This document shows positions 12,668 to 27,055 of a DNA stretch of 64,000 nucleotides, in pieces. The position numbers were made by a program, and so were the translations under genes. The notes under the pieces are model-generated. The model worked only from the letters and a program-made list of their open reading frames with translations, searched no databases and was not told where the DNA came from. The stretch is from Octopus sinensis (taxonomy: Eukaryota). Location: assembly GCF_006345805.1 (NCBI RefSeq), contig NC_042999.1:160332001-160396000 (forward strand). Direction: 5' to 3'. Numbering within the stretch: position 1 is the first letter of the stretch; the number at the start of each line of letters is the position of its first letter.

Positions 12668-13285
12668 ACTTTCTAGATTCTGTAGATTTTTAGTCCACTC
12701 TAAATGCTTTGTAACGTTTGTTTTTGAAAGTAGTGGTTTTCTGATTGCAACCCTCTCGTGAAATCCGGCTTTTGTGCAGCTCCCGGCAAACAGTTTTTGT
12801 GGAATCTGGGTTCTTGAGGTGGTCATTAAGCTCTGCAGCGATTTTGGGAGCTGTACTTTTGTGATCCTTTCTAACAATTCACATAAGAGTCCGACAGTCC
12901 CTATCTAAAAGTTTTGGTTTTCTTTCGGAGTTTTGTTTCGACGAGGTTTCTCTCCCCTCTTTCTCAAAGGCTGTCATTACTTTCAAGACAGTACTTCTTG
13001 ATACACCAAACATTTCGGCTGTTTTCGTTATGCAAGCGCCTGCCATACGAGCACCAACAATTTGACTTCTTTGAAATTCTGACAGATCTGTCATTTTAAC
13101 GAATTTTAATTACCTTTTTCTGATGAGATCTGAGAAGAAACAGCAATTTTAGCAGAACATATTAAGCAACACTAATAATAAATAAAAAAAAACATAAAAA
13201 TAAACAAGCTTTTAACGGTTTTATAGATATTTCACAATTACGTTGCTATGATGCTAGGTGTTTCCATTATTTTGTCCAAACCCTG
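12668..13285 (-). mobile_element. Tc1-like transposon, 5' part (TIR + N-terminal HTH of transposase pseudogene)
   Basis: TA-CAGGGTTTGGACAAAATAATGGAAAC TIR; MTDLSEFQRSQIVGARMAGA...VSRSTV...RKPLLS; in-frame stop; DDE domain missing. Confidence 0.9.
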
Positions 13286-13574
13286 TATGTCTAAGTATAT
13301 CTTTGACACACACGCTCGCGCGCGCGGGCGTATGTGCGTGTCGGATAAATAACACACAAGCCTGCGTCAATGCAATTTACTCGATGTTAATGATAGTGAT
13401 ACCCGGGATCTGAGCTTGTGCGTAGAATAATCTTAATGTGTTTGTGCTTTCTCTCTCTCTCTCTCTCTCTCTCCCTCTCCCTCTCTCTCTCTCTCTGTAT
13501 ATATGTGTGTCTATGCACTGTGGTCTGCAAATCTCATAAGGCATGCAACCAATAAATAACTTTGTATATCTAAA

Positions 13575-13969
13575 CTAGCAGTATCGCCCGGCGTTGCTCG
13601 GATTTGTAAGGGAAATAACTATATAAGCATTTTTAGAGATGTAGAGTATAATAGCCATCTCAATATGGCTAACCACAAAGGGGGGGTGTTACTGTAGCTT
13701 TTTACGTTCTGAGATTTAATAATAAATTTTTAGAGAGTTACTTCCCTTATATATGCCAAAAATGCATTAAAAATGGGAAAAATTGATGGTAAATTTTTTT
13801 TAAATCGTAGACTCATCGTAGACTCGCGCTAATACCCAGAAGGGCTCGATATGAATCACGACTATAAGATACCCGGTTTTGGTTAAACTGCACCGCAAAA
13901 TGTGGGAGTAGTTAGGAATCTAAATCGTAGGAGACAGACAGCACACAACCTCACTTTTATATATAAAGA
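13575..13969 (-). mobile_element. Non-autonomous Helitron
   Basis: Minus strand starts TCTTTATATATAAA and ends CCGAGCAACGCCGGG hairpin-CGATACTG-CTAG; inserted between A and T; homologous to 59704-60215. Confidence 0.8.
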
Positions 13970-15289
13970 TATTTCATGTCACTGTAAACGAACTATGTGA
14001 CGGCTTTTGCAGTTAAAATACTCCATTAATAATCAGTATATCAAAACCGTTCATGTCACTCAAGTAGCTATTATATTCGACAATGGCTATCTATGATGAT
14101 ATATTCCAGCCTCAGTGTATGGCTAATATCAACTACTGTAGAATGTCAAACTAAATTCCTCGCAGCGTTTAGTCAGCTACCCTTTACGTTCCGTGATAAA
14201 AAATACCCTTTGTTGAGGTGGAGGTGGAGACGGGACTTTTTGTTTTATCTACGTTGCTCCATAAACACCAATACTTCTGCCAAACATATCTGCTGACCTT
14301 GTGCTACAAATAAATGAATATATATGTAATAAATCAATATATCGGAGCAACATTTCACAGTCTCTTTTGCCGTGAGCTGTATTTAAAATTCTAAAAGATT
14401 TTTTTTTATACATATTAATTCAGTAACACATTTTCTCTTGAAAGATAAAAGTGGGAAAGCGAATTTGTTGTTACTGAATAAAAATAGGGTTGTTGAATAA
14501 ACGGCCTTCTCAAAGACTTGTGCGTGTGAGAAAATTCATTAAAAAAATAGGGCTCCTTGGACGTAGAAAGTTCGTGAACTACTGACATTAGGGCTTCGGT
14601 TAATATTGTATTGTTTACAACAGATGACAAACTGTTGATATATGAGATAATGCTTATTATGGTCAATTATACTAAGTGAACCATCTCCACTAGGAATTTT
14701 TAATCAATGAAATTTACACCCGTAATGGAAATAAAAACCATTAGCATTATTGGAAAATTCTTGCCAAAAGCAAGCAAGATCAATTTGAAATTTAAATTTG
14801 ATTATAAACTGAATATAGTGACCAGGCAAGACAACTTTACAGTGGCAACTTTAAACATACTTCGGTCTTATTACACTTCTTCAGTGAAGTGTAGTTTTAC
14901 TTGAGCTTACCAAATCTTAGACTGAGCCTACCCCCCAAAAAGATACATTCACTGATTAAGCAATTTGAAATAATGAAATGAGTAAGTTTCATAGGAATAC
15001 TGTGAACTAAAACTACTTTCATTGTTTAAAATTACGTCCATAATGAAAAAAACAAAACAATCATTAGCGTTAATGATAATACTTGATAAAGACAAAGAGG
15101 ACAACTCCAAAATTCCGTTTGATTAAAAATTGAACTTTGCTTCGTTACAGGAGAAATTTTTAATTGATTAAAATGTTTGTTGGCTCAATAAATAGTTTAG
15201 TCCCCATTTGACTTTATGCTGTAATACGCATGCGCCTAGACCACCTTTTAACCTGTCGACAGAAAGTACAATTTGTTTCTTGACATCAT

Positions 15290-15960
15290 AATACTTCATA
15301 GCTGGAGGGTTTGTCGTCCTTTCAGTTTATCACTTGAATTCAAAGTCATTTTTGGTAAGCTCATGTAATGGTGTTAAAACGTTAAATAAATTAAAGATAA
15401 ATTTTGCAAAATACGTGACTATTCTAGGCACTTTTTGCATTTCTTGGGGGTTGTAACATCTCAACAACCGCATGCGCACGGTTTGGATTTGATTTAACAC
15501 CATGGCGGGAGAGTACGTAACTCACAGAACTAAGCTCATTTTTGCCGATTCTGCTTTTGCAGGATTGAATTTAAGTCCTACCTTAACAATGCGGTTGAAG
15601 GTTTGTTTGCTATACTTTATGATGAAACTACACCACACTAGTATGTCATCAACGATGGCTTTCACGCCATCAACTTCTTCAAGGATATCTTTCATTGTTT
15701 GTCGTGTTATATCTCTTGAGCTGTATAAATAGTAGACGCAAGAAGCGAGAGCTGCCAAATAAATTATTCATTGTACACTGTTTTGAGCTCTCTTCCTCCA
15801 GCTCTATATATCAATGCATCTAGTTTGGTGAACTTGATAGAATTGCCTATTTATGCAGCAACTTCCTCAGTTTTGAAAGCTGGGTGATGTTCATGCATAA
15901 CTTTGTCGCGGTCAGTTAGATAAATGCAGATCCTTATCTTGTTGCATTTATTGTACTCTG
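15290..15960 (-). pseudogene. Ty3/Gypsy reverse transcriptase relic
   Basis: Frameshifted pieces FTKLDA, MKDILEEVDGVKAIVDDILVW, VGLKFNPAK, VTYFAKFI. Confidence 0.75.
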
Positions 15961-16235
15961 ACCATTGAGTTGACTCATTGTTGTTCCCAGATCGTGTAGC
16001 TTTCATCTAATTTCTTTTCAAAGATCAGGGTTTTTTTTTATGGCTTTAAAACCCATTTTATTTAGACCAATTGTATGCTCTAAAATGTGTCCAGAGTATT
16101 TCATTTCAAACGGTTTGCACGTGGACTTTATGCAAGCACAAACGAAGTTCAGTAAAACAGATATAATTAAAGGAGAGAATAAAAACTCTTCTTTGTGTTT
16201 GTGCCATTTTTCTTTTGTGGCGACAGATTACCTTA

Positions 16236-16410
16236 TTCTGACACCATACTATGTCGTATTATAACGATATGGATAGCTAAACGAAATAAGAGGAGATTTT
16301 ACATGTGGTTTATTGATTAGGCAGCTATTACTGGAAAACTAACTTGTACTGTATATTTTATTAAACTATGGCTGGTTAAATAAAAAACAAGCAAATTAAC
16401 AATACCATAG
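16236..16410 (-). mobile_element. Putative Gypsy PBS (TGGTGTCAGAA) and adjacent LTR remnant
   Basis: PBS-like motif at 16236-16246 lies 5 nt from an ACA end at 16252; AATAAA within; same strand as the RT relic; distal LTR end uncertain. Confidence 0.45.
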
Positions 16411-16955
16411 CAGACCAGTGTCTTATCTGAGACCATTTGAAGACATACCAACCAGCATGAAAGCGTTTCCATGGCTCTTTCACCTGTTGAAAATGCCAGC
16501 CAAATATCACTGAAATAATCTCACCCTATTGTTTTAAGATAGATAAATATTAGCAGATAACCGAATCGTGGATGTTCCAGGGAAGAAGCTGGGATAGTCT
16601 CCGCTGGATATTTATTTGACGCTCAATTGAATATCACGGAAGTGAGGTCGCTAGTGTAGGTGATCTTTTGCCACTGTATGGCAAACTGCTTGCAAATGTT
16701 CGGAATGGTATTTGCAACAATCAATGTTTTTCTTAAATAAACAACAAAATTAGATAAACAAATGAAAAAAAATTGTCTCTTTATTTGTTTTCTTTACAGT
16801 CATTTAAGAGCTGCTACTGCTGCTACTACTACTACTACAACTACTACTACTACTTCTTCTTCTTCTACACACACACATACACATACGCACATTCTATTAT
16901 CAGTTTTAGCCAGAGGCTGTAACCATGCTGGGACACCGCTATGTTCATATTGTTC

Positions 16956-17670
<715 letters not shown>

Positions 17671-17811
17671 TGATGAAATTAAAATCAGGAGAATAGAGGT
17701 TTGTACATCCAAGTTTTATTTTACAGTTAATCACATCGAAGGAAGATGTGATTAACTGTAAAATAAAAGTTGGATGTGTAAATCTCTGTTCTCCTGATTT
17801 TAATTCCATTA
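17671..17811. repeat. 67-bp-arm inverted repeat (hairpin) next to (TA)n
   Basis: Arms 17671-17737 and 17745-17811, about 7 mismatches, 7-nt loop. Confidence 0.9.
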
Positions 17812-18859
17812 TTGTCTCTACGGACACCATGCAGTCCTCAGAAGGACATTTGGATTTACCAAGTCATGATTAACCGAGTATAGTAAATTTTAACAAACTG
17901 GAGTTTATCTACATTCACTGTGGGTTAGCCAGCATTGACAACCGATAGGAACGAACACTGTATCCGCTAGGATTATATATTCCTCTTAATCATTTTGGAA
18001 ATTTACTTTTGGAAATAACACTCGTATTATATATATACTACATGAGAGAGAGAGGGGGGAGAGGATGGGGTACGGCTATGATTTGATGTGATACACTTTA
18101 CTAGAATTTCTAAATCCTTGTTATATTAACTGTGTAAACGAAACACTGACAGGCTAAGTTACGATCTAATGAAATCAAAACCAAATGTCGATATTCTGAA
18201 TGCATTTAATATCCGCGTATCGGGTAGTTATGTAAGAAATTTCTTAAACAAACCGTTCCCAGTCACAACATTCCAAAATATTTTGAAATTGTCATCATTA
18301 AGGAAAATGTTATGTAAGAAATTAATACCATCAATATCACTGGTCTACCAAAGCTTGCGAAGGCCATCGGTAATATTCCTTCCTCCTGACCCAGTATTTA
18401 AAAAAAAATGCGGACTGTCATTAGTTTCCACGAACTCTGAATATTTCTTCTAAGAAATGAATGTCATTGGTGTAGTTAATGACTGGATAGTAATCCAACA
18501 TGTTACGAGCTATGAGACACGATGTTTTTCTGAGGGCAGTAAAGGTAAGTGATATACAAAATATACTAGGATTAAATGCGTTACAAATACGTCTTCTTAG
18601 TTTTGTTATTGATAAGATTTTGGAAAAGGTTATATTTAATTTTCTCTCAACATAATTTTGGTTCACAATTATGGAGAGAAGGTTCTCTGTAGACAGTTGA
18701 GATAGGAAAACGTTGGAGAAAATATATTACAAAATAGTTTTCTGCCATTTTAAGCTTGAATCCCTTCTATTTTATTAATCATTCCCTTTCTCTCTCTCTC
18801 TTTTTTTTTCCTTTTCAGTCAGTACCAGTAATATAAACGTAAGTACTGTCTCAAAGTCT

Positions 18860-19075
18860 AGGACTCACAGGGCTACTTACCTGATTTCTGTGGCGTACAA
18901 ATGAGCGAGATTGCAACATTACCCACGAACGGGCACACCAGTCCGTCGCGGGATTACTTACTTACATCTGAAATGAAATGTTTTGCTCAAGATCTCAATA
19001 CACCGCTCGGTCCAGGAATCGAAACCACGGTCTTGCGATCATAGTGCAACACCCTAGCCACTTAGACACGACCCT
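18860..19075 (-). mobile_element. Degenerate SINE head D + tail beta
   Basis: Reverse similarity to 24233-24494. Confidence 0.6.
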
Positions 19076-19365
19076 TCACACACCAGGAATACATGATAAT
19101 TGAAAGAATCATCAATAATATTATCACTTAAAATTTATTTGACGCTTAGCCTAGAGATCTTCCACATTCAATGCGTAAGCACCGTTGAGATTGCTTGATG
19201 GTATGTTAATGCTACGAGAGAGAAAAAGGAATTTGACCCACTGAGTTCAGTAACACTATGGAATAGTAAGTAACAGAATAATTAGTTATGGGTAAGTATA
19301 CGATATCAGTTAATTAATAAGTAAAAGATTAACTAGGTAAATAATATATACATATTATTTACTTA

Positions 19366-19528
19366 GGCGCAGGAGTGGCTGTGTGGTAAGTAGCTTGCTT
19401 ACCAACCACATGGTTCCGGGTTCAGTCCCACTGCGTGGCACCTTGGGCAAGTGTCTTCTGCTATAGCCTCGGGCCGACCAATGCCTTGTGAGTGGATTTG
19501 GTAGACAGAAACTGAAAGAAGTCCGTCG

Positions 19529-19563
<35 letters not shown>

Positions 19564-19780
19564 GTATTTGTATGTCTGTGTTTGTCCCCCTAGCATTGCT
19601 TGACAACCGATGCTGGTGTGTTTACGTCCCCGTCACTTAGCGGTTCGGCAAAAAAAAGAGACCGATAGAATAAGTACTGGGCTTACAAAGAATAAGTCCC
19701 GGGGTCGATTTGCTCGACTAAAGGCGGTGCTCCAGCATGGCCGCAGTCAAAGGACTGAAACAAGTAAAAGAGTAAAAGAG
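19366..19780 (+). mobile_element. SINE B, full length
   Basis: Family match. Confidence 0.92.
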
Positions 19781-20206
19781 TATATATATATATATATATT
19801 ATATATATATATATATATACAGAGAGAGAGAGAGAGAGGGGGTAGAGATAGAGAGAGGGAGATAGATAGATAGATAGATAGATAGATATGTATATATGGA
19901 GAGGGAGAGAGAAGGAGAGGAGCAGGGAAGACGGAGAGAGGGAGAAGAGAGAGAGAGAGAGAGGGGAAGCAAAAAGAAGGAAAGAGAGTGAGAGTGTCAC
20001 ATAGTGTTATACGATAACAAATGCAAACAAAAATATATTGTGCTTAACTGCACATTCCGCAGTGCTGCAACATAATAGTTTTATGTTTCGGAATCCAAGA
20101 ATTCGAGCAATTAAACTTTATATACATGAAGATTATCCTAAAGTCAATTTAACTTTTATTTACAATCCAAGCCAATGGTCCAGTGTTGTACAATGCAACA
20201 GTTTAA

Positions 20207-20243
<37 letters not shown>

Positions 20244-20300
20244 ACGTATGAATTGTTATTGTGTACCTGGAGAATTTCCAAATTATTTCCTTATGTAACA

Positions 20301-20720
20301 GGCGCAGGAGTGGCTGTGTGGTATGTAGCTTGCTAACCAACCACATGGTCCCGGGTTCAGTCCCACTGCGTGGCATCTTGGGCAAGTGTCTTCTGCTATA
20401 GCCCCGGGCCGACCAATGTCTTGTGAGTGGATTTGGTTGACGGAAACTGAAAGAAGCCTGTCGTATATATGTATGTATATATATATATATGTGTGTGTAT
20501 GTTTGTATGTCTGTGTTTGTCCCCTAGCATTGCTTGACAACCGATGCTGGTGTGTTTACGTCCCCGTAACTTAGCGGTTCGGCAAAGAGACCGATAGAAT
20601 AAGTACTGGGCTTACAAAGAATAAGTCCCGGGGTCGATTTGCTCGACTAAAGGCGGTGCTCCAGCATGGCCGCAGTAAAATGACTGAAACAAGTAAAAGA
20701 AAAAGAAAGAAAAAGAAAGA
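20301..20720 (+). mobile_element. SINE B, full length
   Basis: Family match. Confidence 0.92.
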
Positions 20721-21168
20721 ACGGAAAATGTACGACACATACCTTATAACATATTATTACATATAATACTTATTACATTTTGTGTAATTTCTGTATAATT
20801 TGTATTTTTCGAGGATTTTCTTTTTGAAGCTGAATGCCGTAACACGCTGTTTCAGATATGAAATACTTAAGTAGTTTATTTGCTTTCCTCTTTTCTCTAG
20901 GTTTGGTTGACAATAACGAGGGCAAGAACTTCAAATAAACTGCCATAGTATTAAATATGGAAAGCTAATAATTTGGAATTATTAATATAACAACGAGTGT
21001 ACTGTTATATGGAATAGGGAGATATCTGTACAGGCTGGTGCTTTAAATAAAAGAGATTATAAAGATCAGTAATCTTTGATTGTGGATGCAAACCAACATA
21101 CGAAATAGTGAAGGTATGATTACTTTTGCTAATTAGTTAAATTGAGTTCTATTCAATCAAGCGATAGC

Positions 21169-21603
21169 TTATAATCTTACTGTTTTAATAGATACCTTTT
21201 TAAGAGGCGACATTTGGCGATCACTGATCCTGACATTTGTATAGTGTGCGAATTTCTTAAGATTTTGTATGAGGTTCTTTTCAGCTAAACATAAACTGCA
21301 ACATTTTGTGTAATTTCTGTATAATTTGTATTTTTCGAGGATTTTCTTTTTGATGCTGAATGCCATAACACGTTGTTTCAAATACGAAATACTTGGGTAG
21401 TTTATTTGCTTTCCTCTTTTCTATATTTCTGAAAGAAGAATTATAGTGGAAGTATTGTTCTTTAAACTTACCTTCCACCTTAATGTTTGCGCATGATGCT
21501 TAGATTTTGCTTGGTAGAAGTGACTTCTTCGTCTTCAGCGATAATTGTTTCAGGATTGCTTGATTAAGAGGACGAGTATTTGTATTTCTGCTCACAACTT
21601 TGT
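21169..21603 (-). pseudogene. Penelope-like GIY-YIG endonuclease relic
   Basis: EGKFKEQYFHYNSSFRN...KILEK...CCSLCLAEK across frameshifts; 21301-21423 is duplicated at 20776-20898. Confidence 0.75.
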
Positions 21604-22401
21604 AGGTTTGCTTCTGGTGTCTCTGTGTATGTGCATGTGTATGTGCGCATATAAGTAAATGTGTACGTGTGTGTGAATGTGTGCACATGTGTGCACATGT
21701 GTGTGAGAGAGATAGATACATACATATGTATATATGTTTATATATACACATAGGCACAGACACGCGCGTGCGCGCGCACACACACACAGATATGGCTGCT
21801 TTGCTCAGCTGGTTAATGAAGATGATGATGGTGATGATGAAAATGACAGTGATGGAGGTGATGGTGGTGGTGGTGATGGTGATGATGATGGTGATGATGC
21901 GGAGGTGGAAGAAAGAAGGACACTACTACTACTACTACTACTGCTGCTGCTACTGCCACTGCTACCACTACTACTAATGCCGTCAATATCACCTCTACTA
22001 CCGAAGCCAGCTTTGTTCCAACGCTCTCTATAAGTGAAGCATCACTTAAGGGGAAAGTTGTCATGGACGGACCCATTTGACATTGCAAACATTTGCGTTT
22101 CCCCGACCAAACAATCCACAGTAAGAACCAATCTTTCCACTAGAACCTTCGAGAAGGCCAGAGAATCCGATCGTCGCTTTGGATTAATGTTTCTTGACTC
22201 GCCTCTCTAAGAGTCTCTTAATTATTATCCTCTTGAAAAAATCAATCCTTCATTGAATGGAAATTTCTAAAGACTTCCATACGCGTCTGATAACATCTTG
22301 ACAAATCTATCTTCGAGAGTTTTGAGAATAAATTCTTTAAATACCTTTTCTTTTCTTTTTTTCGTTGTTGTCTTTCATGTATGTAGATATTGTATTTCAA
22401 G

Positions 22402-22723
22402 TGAGGGCGCGTGGCTTAGTGGTTAGGGCATTCGGCTCATGATCGTAAGGTTGTGAGTTCGATTCCCGGCGACGCGTTGTGTCCCTGAGCAAGACACTTT
22501 ATTTCACGTTGCTCCAGTCCACTCAGCTGGCAAAAATGAGTTGTACTTGTATTTCAAAGGGTCAGCCTTGTCACTCTCTGTGTCACGCTGATTTTCCCCG
22601 AGAACTACGTTAAGGGTACACGTGTCTGTGGAATGCTCAGCCATTTGCACGTTAATTTCACGAGCAAGCTGTTCCGTTGATCGTATCAGCTGGGACCCTC
22701 GTCGTCGTAACCGGCGGAGTCTT
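22402..22723 (+). mobile_element. SINE head D + tail alpha, 12-bp TSD
   Basis: GGCGCGTGGCTTAGTGG, GTTCGATTCC; TSD TATTGTATTTCA at 22388-22399 and 22724-22735. Confidence 0.9.
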
Positions 22724-23210
22724 TATTGTATTTCACCAACTCAATATCATTTTTGTTTACAACAGTCAAGTTGATAGAGTTTGTTTCTTGTGAATTTGAT
22801 TAATTTTGTTGTTCTTTTTGATTTTTAACTATGAGTGTGTGTTTTTTTTGTTGTTGTATTAATGGTGGTCTGGTTGCAATTTTGACTGCCATGTGGGATG
22901 CTGTTTCTGTTGTTCTTGATTAGTATCGATGGATTACCGATTTTTGTGCTTCCCCTACTTTTCTATTTTTTCATCATTTCTGGTGAGACAAGAACGTTTT
23001 CTTTTCCTTCCCATGGCCCCACTGAAGATCGTTTGTCATGTTTCGGCTTGCTCCTCGTCCTTTGCCGAGAAATCGGAAAGAAATATGGTAAAGGTTGATT
23101 ACTGTGCGTCATTTGTGTCGGTGTTAGAGTAGGTATTTTTGTTGGTACTGGTTTGGAAAGTTGAGTGCTACTGCTTTCACTTCTTTCTGTGAGGCTACTT
23201 CTTTCAAGTG

Positions 23211-23535
23211 AAGGCGCATGGCTCAGTGTTTAGAGCGTCGAGCTTACGATCGTGAGGTTGTGAGTTCGATTCCCGGACCGGGCTGCGTGTTGTGTTCTTG
23301 AGCAAGACACTTTATTTCACGTTGCTTCAGTTCTCTCAGCTGTAGAAATGAGTTGCGACTCCACTGGTGCCAAACAGTATTGACCTTTGCCTTTCCCTTG
23401 GATAACATCAATGGTGTGGAGAAGGGAGGCTGGTATGCATGGGCGACTGCTGGCCTTCCATAAACAACCTTGCCTAGACTTGTACCTCGGAGGGTAACTT
23501 TCTAGGTGCAATCCCATGGTCATTCATGAGGTCAC
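23211..23535 (+). mobile_element. SINE head D + tail gamma
   Basis: Same head as 22402 but a different 3' half. Confidence 0.85.
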
Positions 23536-23559
23536 CCACTTCTTTGAAAGATGGTGGTA

Positions 23560-24225
23560 GTAAACTTCTTCGCTGTCTTGGCAATGCTTTAGGTCTCATC
23601 TGCTGTTGCTGTTCTGATTGTCGTTGCAGTTGATGTTGATGTGGTTAATGTGTTGGTAGCTAAGGGGATTTCTATATCCGACGACAGAAAGCTTTCTGAA
23701 GGTTGGTGCTACTGCATAAGTAACATCTAATTTTCCTGCTTTGTTGATTCTTCACTCTCCATAGTTTCAGGTGTAACCAGCATCTCCGCTTTTAATTTGA
23801 TTATAGCCCAGTTCTCCTGGAGGAAGGATCTTATTGTGATTATTTAATACTTCAATTGAAGTAGCATGTTTGAAAATGACGCCTTATTAACGTGTTTCAT
23901 CAGATAGGTTAGTATTAATAAATATTTATTTGAAGAGCACGAATTTGTTGCTATTTTCTTAGCTTCTCCTTTAATAAGGCACAGAGGCACCATCGACCCA
24001 AACACCCTTCCTCTCCTTATATGCAGAATGTCCATTATTTTTCCATTTCTTAAAGACATCTGTTCATTCGGTCCTAATTTTTCTTTTCTCTTCTATAGTT
24101 GTATAACTAGAAAATTTGGTTTTACCAAAAAGTGTCTATTTTCTTTATTGAAATCACTGTCAAAATATGTTATCCCTATTATTGCTGTGTAACATTTGCA
24201 AATGATTTCGCTTTCATATAGTTGA
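23560..24225 (-). pseudogene. Possible decayed LINE ORF1 (HIRRGRVFG motif)
   Basis: Purine-rich, broken minus-strand frames; resemblance recalled from memory only. Confidence 0.3.
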
Positions 24226-24232
24226 TAATTGT

Positions 24233-24494
24233 AGAGGCGCGTGGCTTTGTGGTTAGGGTGTCAGCACCATGATCGTAAGATTGTGGTTTCGATTCCTGGA
24301 CCGGGCGACACGTTGTGTTCTTGAGCAAAACACTTCATTTCACGTTGCTCTAGTCCACTCAGCTGGCAAAAAAGAGTAACACTGTGATGGACTGGCGTCC
24401 CGTCCAGCTGGGGGGAACACATACGCCACAGAAACCGGGAAACCGGGCCCATGAGCCTGGCAAGGCTTTAAAAGGGCGCATTTATTATTTATTT
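24233..24494 (+). mobile_element. SINE head D + tail beta, 14-bp TSD
   Basis: TSD ATAGYTGATAATTG at 24218-24231 and 24495-24508. Confidence 0.9.
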
Positions 24495-24509
24495 ATAGCT
24501 GATAATTGA

Positions 24510-24582
24510 AGTGTTGTTGTTGTTGTTGTTGCTGTTGTGAATCATATTGGTGCTGCTGTCCTTGTGTTATTGTAGTTTTCTA

Positions 24583-24613
<31 letters not shown>

Positions 24614-24790
24614 ATTATCACCGCTGGTGTTGTTATTGTTGTGATAGGTCTGTAGTTCTCAATGCTCTTGTTGCTACTGCTGCTGCTGTTGTTGTTGTTG
24701 GAGCCACCACCACCACCACCTCCACCACCAGCACCAGCACCATCACCACCACCACCACCACCACCACCATCACCACCACCACCACCATCT
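24510..24790. repeat. Trinucleotide tracts (TTG)n, (CTG)n, (CCA)n
   Basis: Directly visible. Confidence 0.9.
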
Positions 24791-25369
24791 TCATCATTAT
24801 CAGCCCCCACCATCGCCGCCACTAATATCCCGACGGCCACAACGAAAACATTGCACAAGGGAAAGTGAAGGCATATGAAATGGTGGAAGGAAAACTGGAA
24901 CATCTGACTGTAGAAGTAAAACAAAATAAAAGCGGGAAGGGGTTAGGGTTAGGGTTAGGCTTTAAGACTTTAACATTATGGAGAAGCTAGAATGTAAACT
25001 CATATGGAAGGGGTGAATAGCAGAAATATTTAGGTTTCGTGTTGTAATGGGACATATCAGATGTAACATTGTATAAAAACGAAGTTTGGGGCGACGGCGG
25101 AGGCGTCGGACACTGCGGTGACGATGACCAGATGACAACGACGATGACGACAATGATACTGATGCTGATGGTGTAGCTATGGTTACGTATCAGTCATTCT
25201 CCGTGAACTTGAGAATGTTAAAGATTTTTTTTTTTATTGGCCCCAATGTAATAAATTTTGTAGAAGCAGAACTTGAGATCAAATAAACGCCTCGAAGAAT
25301 TGAAAGAATTCATTTTCGTCACTCGACGTCCAGAGTTTAATCCAACCGAAGACGACGTTTATTGTGTTG

Positions 25370-25383
25370 ATGTGTGTGTGTGT

Positions 25384-25430
<47 letters not shown>

Positions 25431-25488
25431 CGTGTGCGTGAGTGTATGTATGCTGTATGTATAGATGTACGTATGTAATGTATGTATG

Positions 25489-25519
<31 letters not shown>

Positions 25520-25727
25520 TGTATGTATGTATGTATGTAATGTATGTATGTATGTATATATGTAATGTATGTATGTATGTATGCAAGTATGTATGTATGT
25601 AATGTATGTATGTATGTATGTATGTATGTGTGTATGTATGTATGTAATGTATGTATGTATGTATGTATGTATGTATGGATGGATGGATGGCTGTATGTGT
25701 GTGTGCGTGTGTGTGTGTGTGTGTATG
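25370..25727. repeat. (TG)n/(TATG)n compound microsatellite
   Basis: Directly visible. Confidence 0.95.
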
Positions 25728-26060
25728 AGCAAATAGGCTAAAATTTTGCTTTACATGCACATTTTGGTATGTATTACTAGGATTCTCTCTCTAACATTTT
25801 ACAACCTGTACAAGCGAATGCTTGGAAAACAATAGAGGGATTTTGAAAGAAGTTTCTATAAAACCAGTTTTAACCATCGTATGGCTATGGTGGTCCACTC
25901 GAGTAAAATAGTAATCGGAAGGGTCCATAGGCTGAGAACCCCTGATTTGGATCTGCTTCGATATAACCAAGTTTATACCCTTTCTGATTTATGTGGAGGC
26001 ATTTTATAAACACTATCTTCTCTTATATTCAACGAACAAGCAAAAATGAAAAACGAAAAA

Positions 26061-26372
26061 ACATGGTTCCGGGTTCAATGTACAGACTCGAGTCGATCAA
26101 AGTCTTTATGAGTGGATTTGGCAGAAGGAAACTGAAAGAAGCCTGTCATATGTGTGTATGCGTCTTTGTGTTTGTTCCCCGCCACTGCTTGACAACTGAC
26201 GTTGGTGAGTTTATGCCCACGTAACCTAGCACTTCGGCAAAAGATATCGATAGAATAAGTACCAGGCTCAAAAACAAAATGTACTGGGCTCAGTTCATTC
26301 GACTAGAAATTCTTCAAGGCTCTGCCCCAGCATGGCCGCAATCAAATGGCTGAAACAAGTAAAAGATAAAAG
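26061..26372 (+). mobile_element. SINE B, degraded and 5' truncated
   Basis: Family match. Confidence 0.8.
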
Positions 26373-26769
26373 ATATATTTGGCCTTACGTAATCTATTTA
26401 GTCTTAAATAGTTTCCTTGTCCAACCATATTACTCCCTTTTCTATCTGTCCCTTTGTCTCCTTCTCTTTCTCTCTCTCTCTCTTTCTTTCTCTCTCTCTT
26501 TCTTTCTCTCTCTCTCTCTTTCTCTTATTGTCAATCGATTCAGACGTGTATCCAGGTTCGGTTATATCAATCACATTCTGTCAAACTTGCTCTTATTTCT
26601 ATACACATTCCTTACATCCTTCAAGCTTATAATACTGCTTTTGACTTCTCGCTAGTCTTCCGCACACAGGCATCACGAAAATGTAACACCAAACATGGCC
26701 TGTCACTTTGAATACCGGTCCTTGAACCCTTGAAATCAGGACATAGCAATTTAACCCTCTTTGACATCA

Positions 26770-26808
<39 letters not shown>

Positions 26809-26812
26809 CATA

Positions 26813-27019
26813 TTCTTTTACTTGTTTCAGTCATTTGACTGTGGCCATGCTGGACGCACCACCTTGAAGGGTTTTAGTCGAACAAGTTAACTTCAAGACT
26901 TACTTTTTTATACCTACTACTTTTTCTATCGGTCTCTTTTTGCTGAACCGCTAGTTACGGGGACATAAACACACTAGCACCGGTTGTCAAGCCATGCACA
27001 TACTCACACACACACACAT

Positions 27020-27055
<36 letters not shown>

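Noticed and set aside
18060-18700. Possible decayed LINE RT on the minus strand (GRNITD)
   Set aside because: Too eroded to support without an HMM search
24662-24868. Signal-peptide plus poly-Pro ORF
   Set aside because: Adjacent (CTG)/(TTG) and (CCA) microsatellites
24939-24959. (TTAGGG)3 interstitial telomeric repeat
   Set aside because: Too short to mean a telomere fusion
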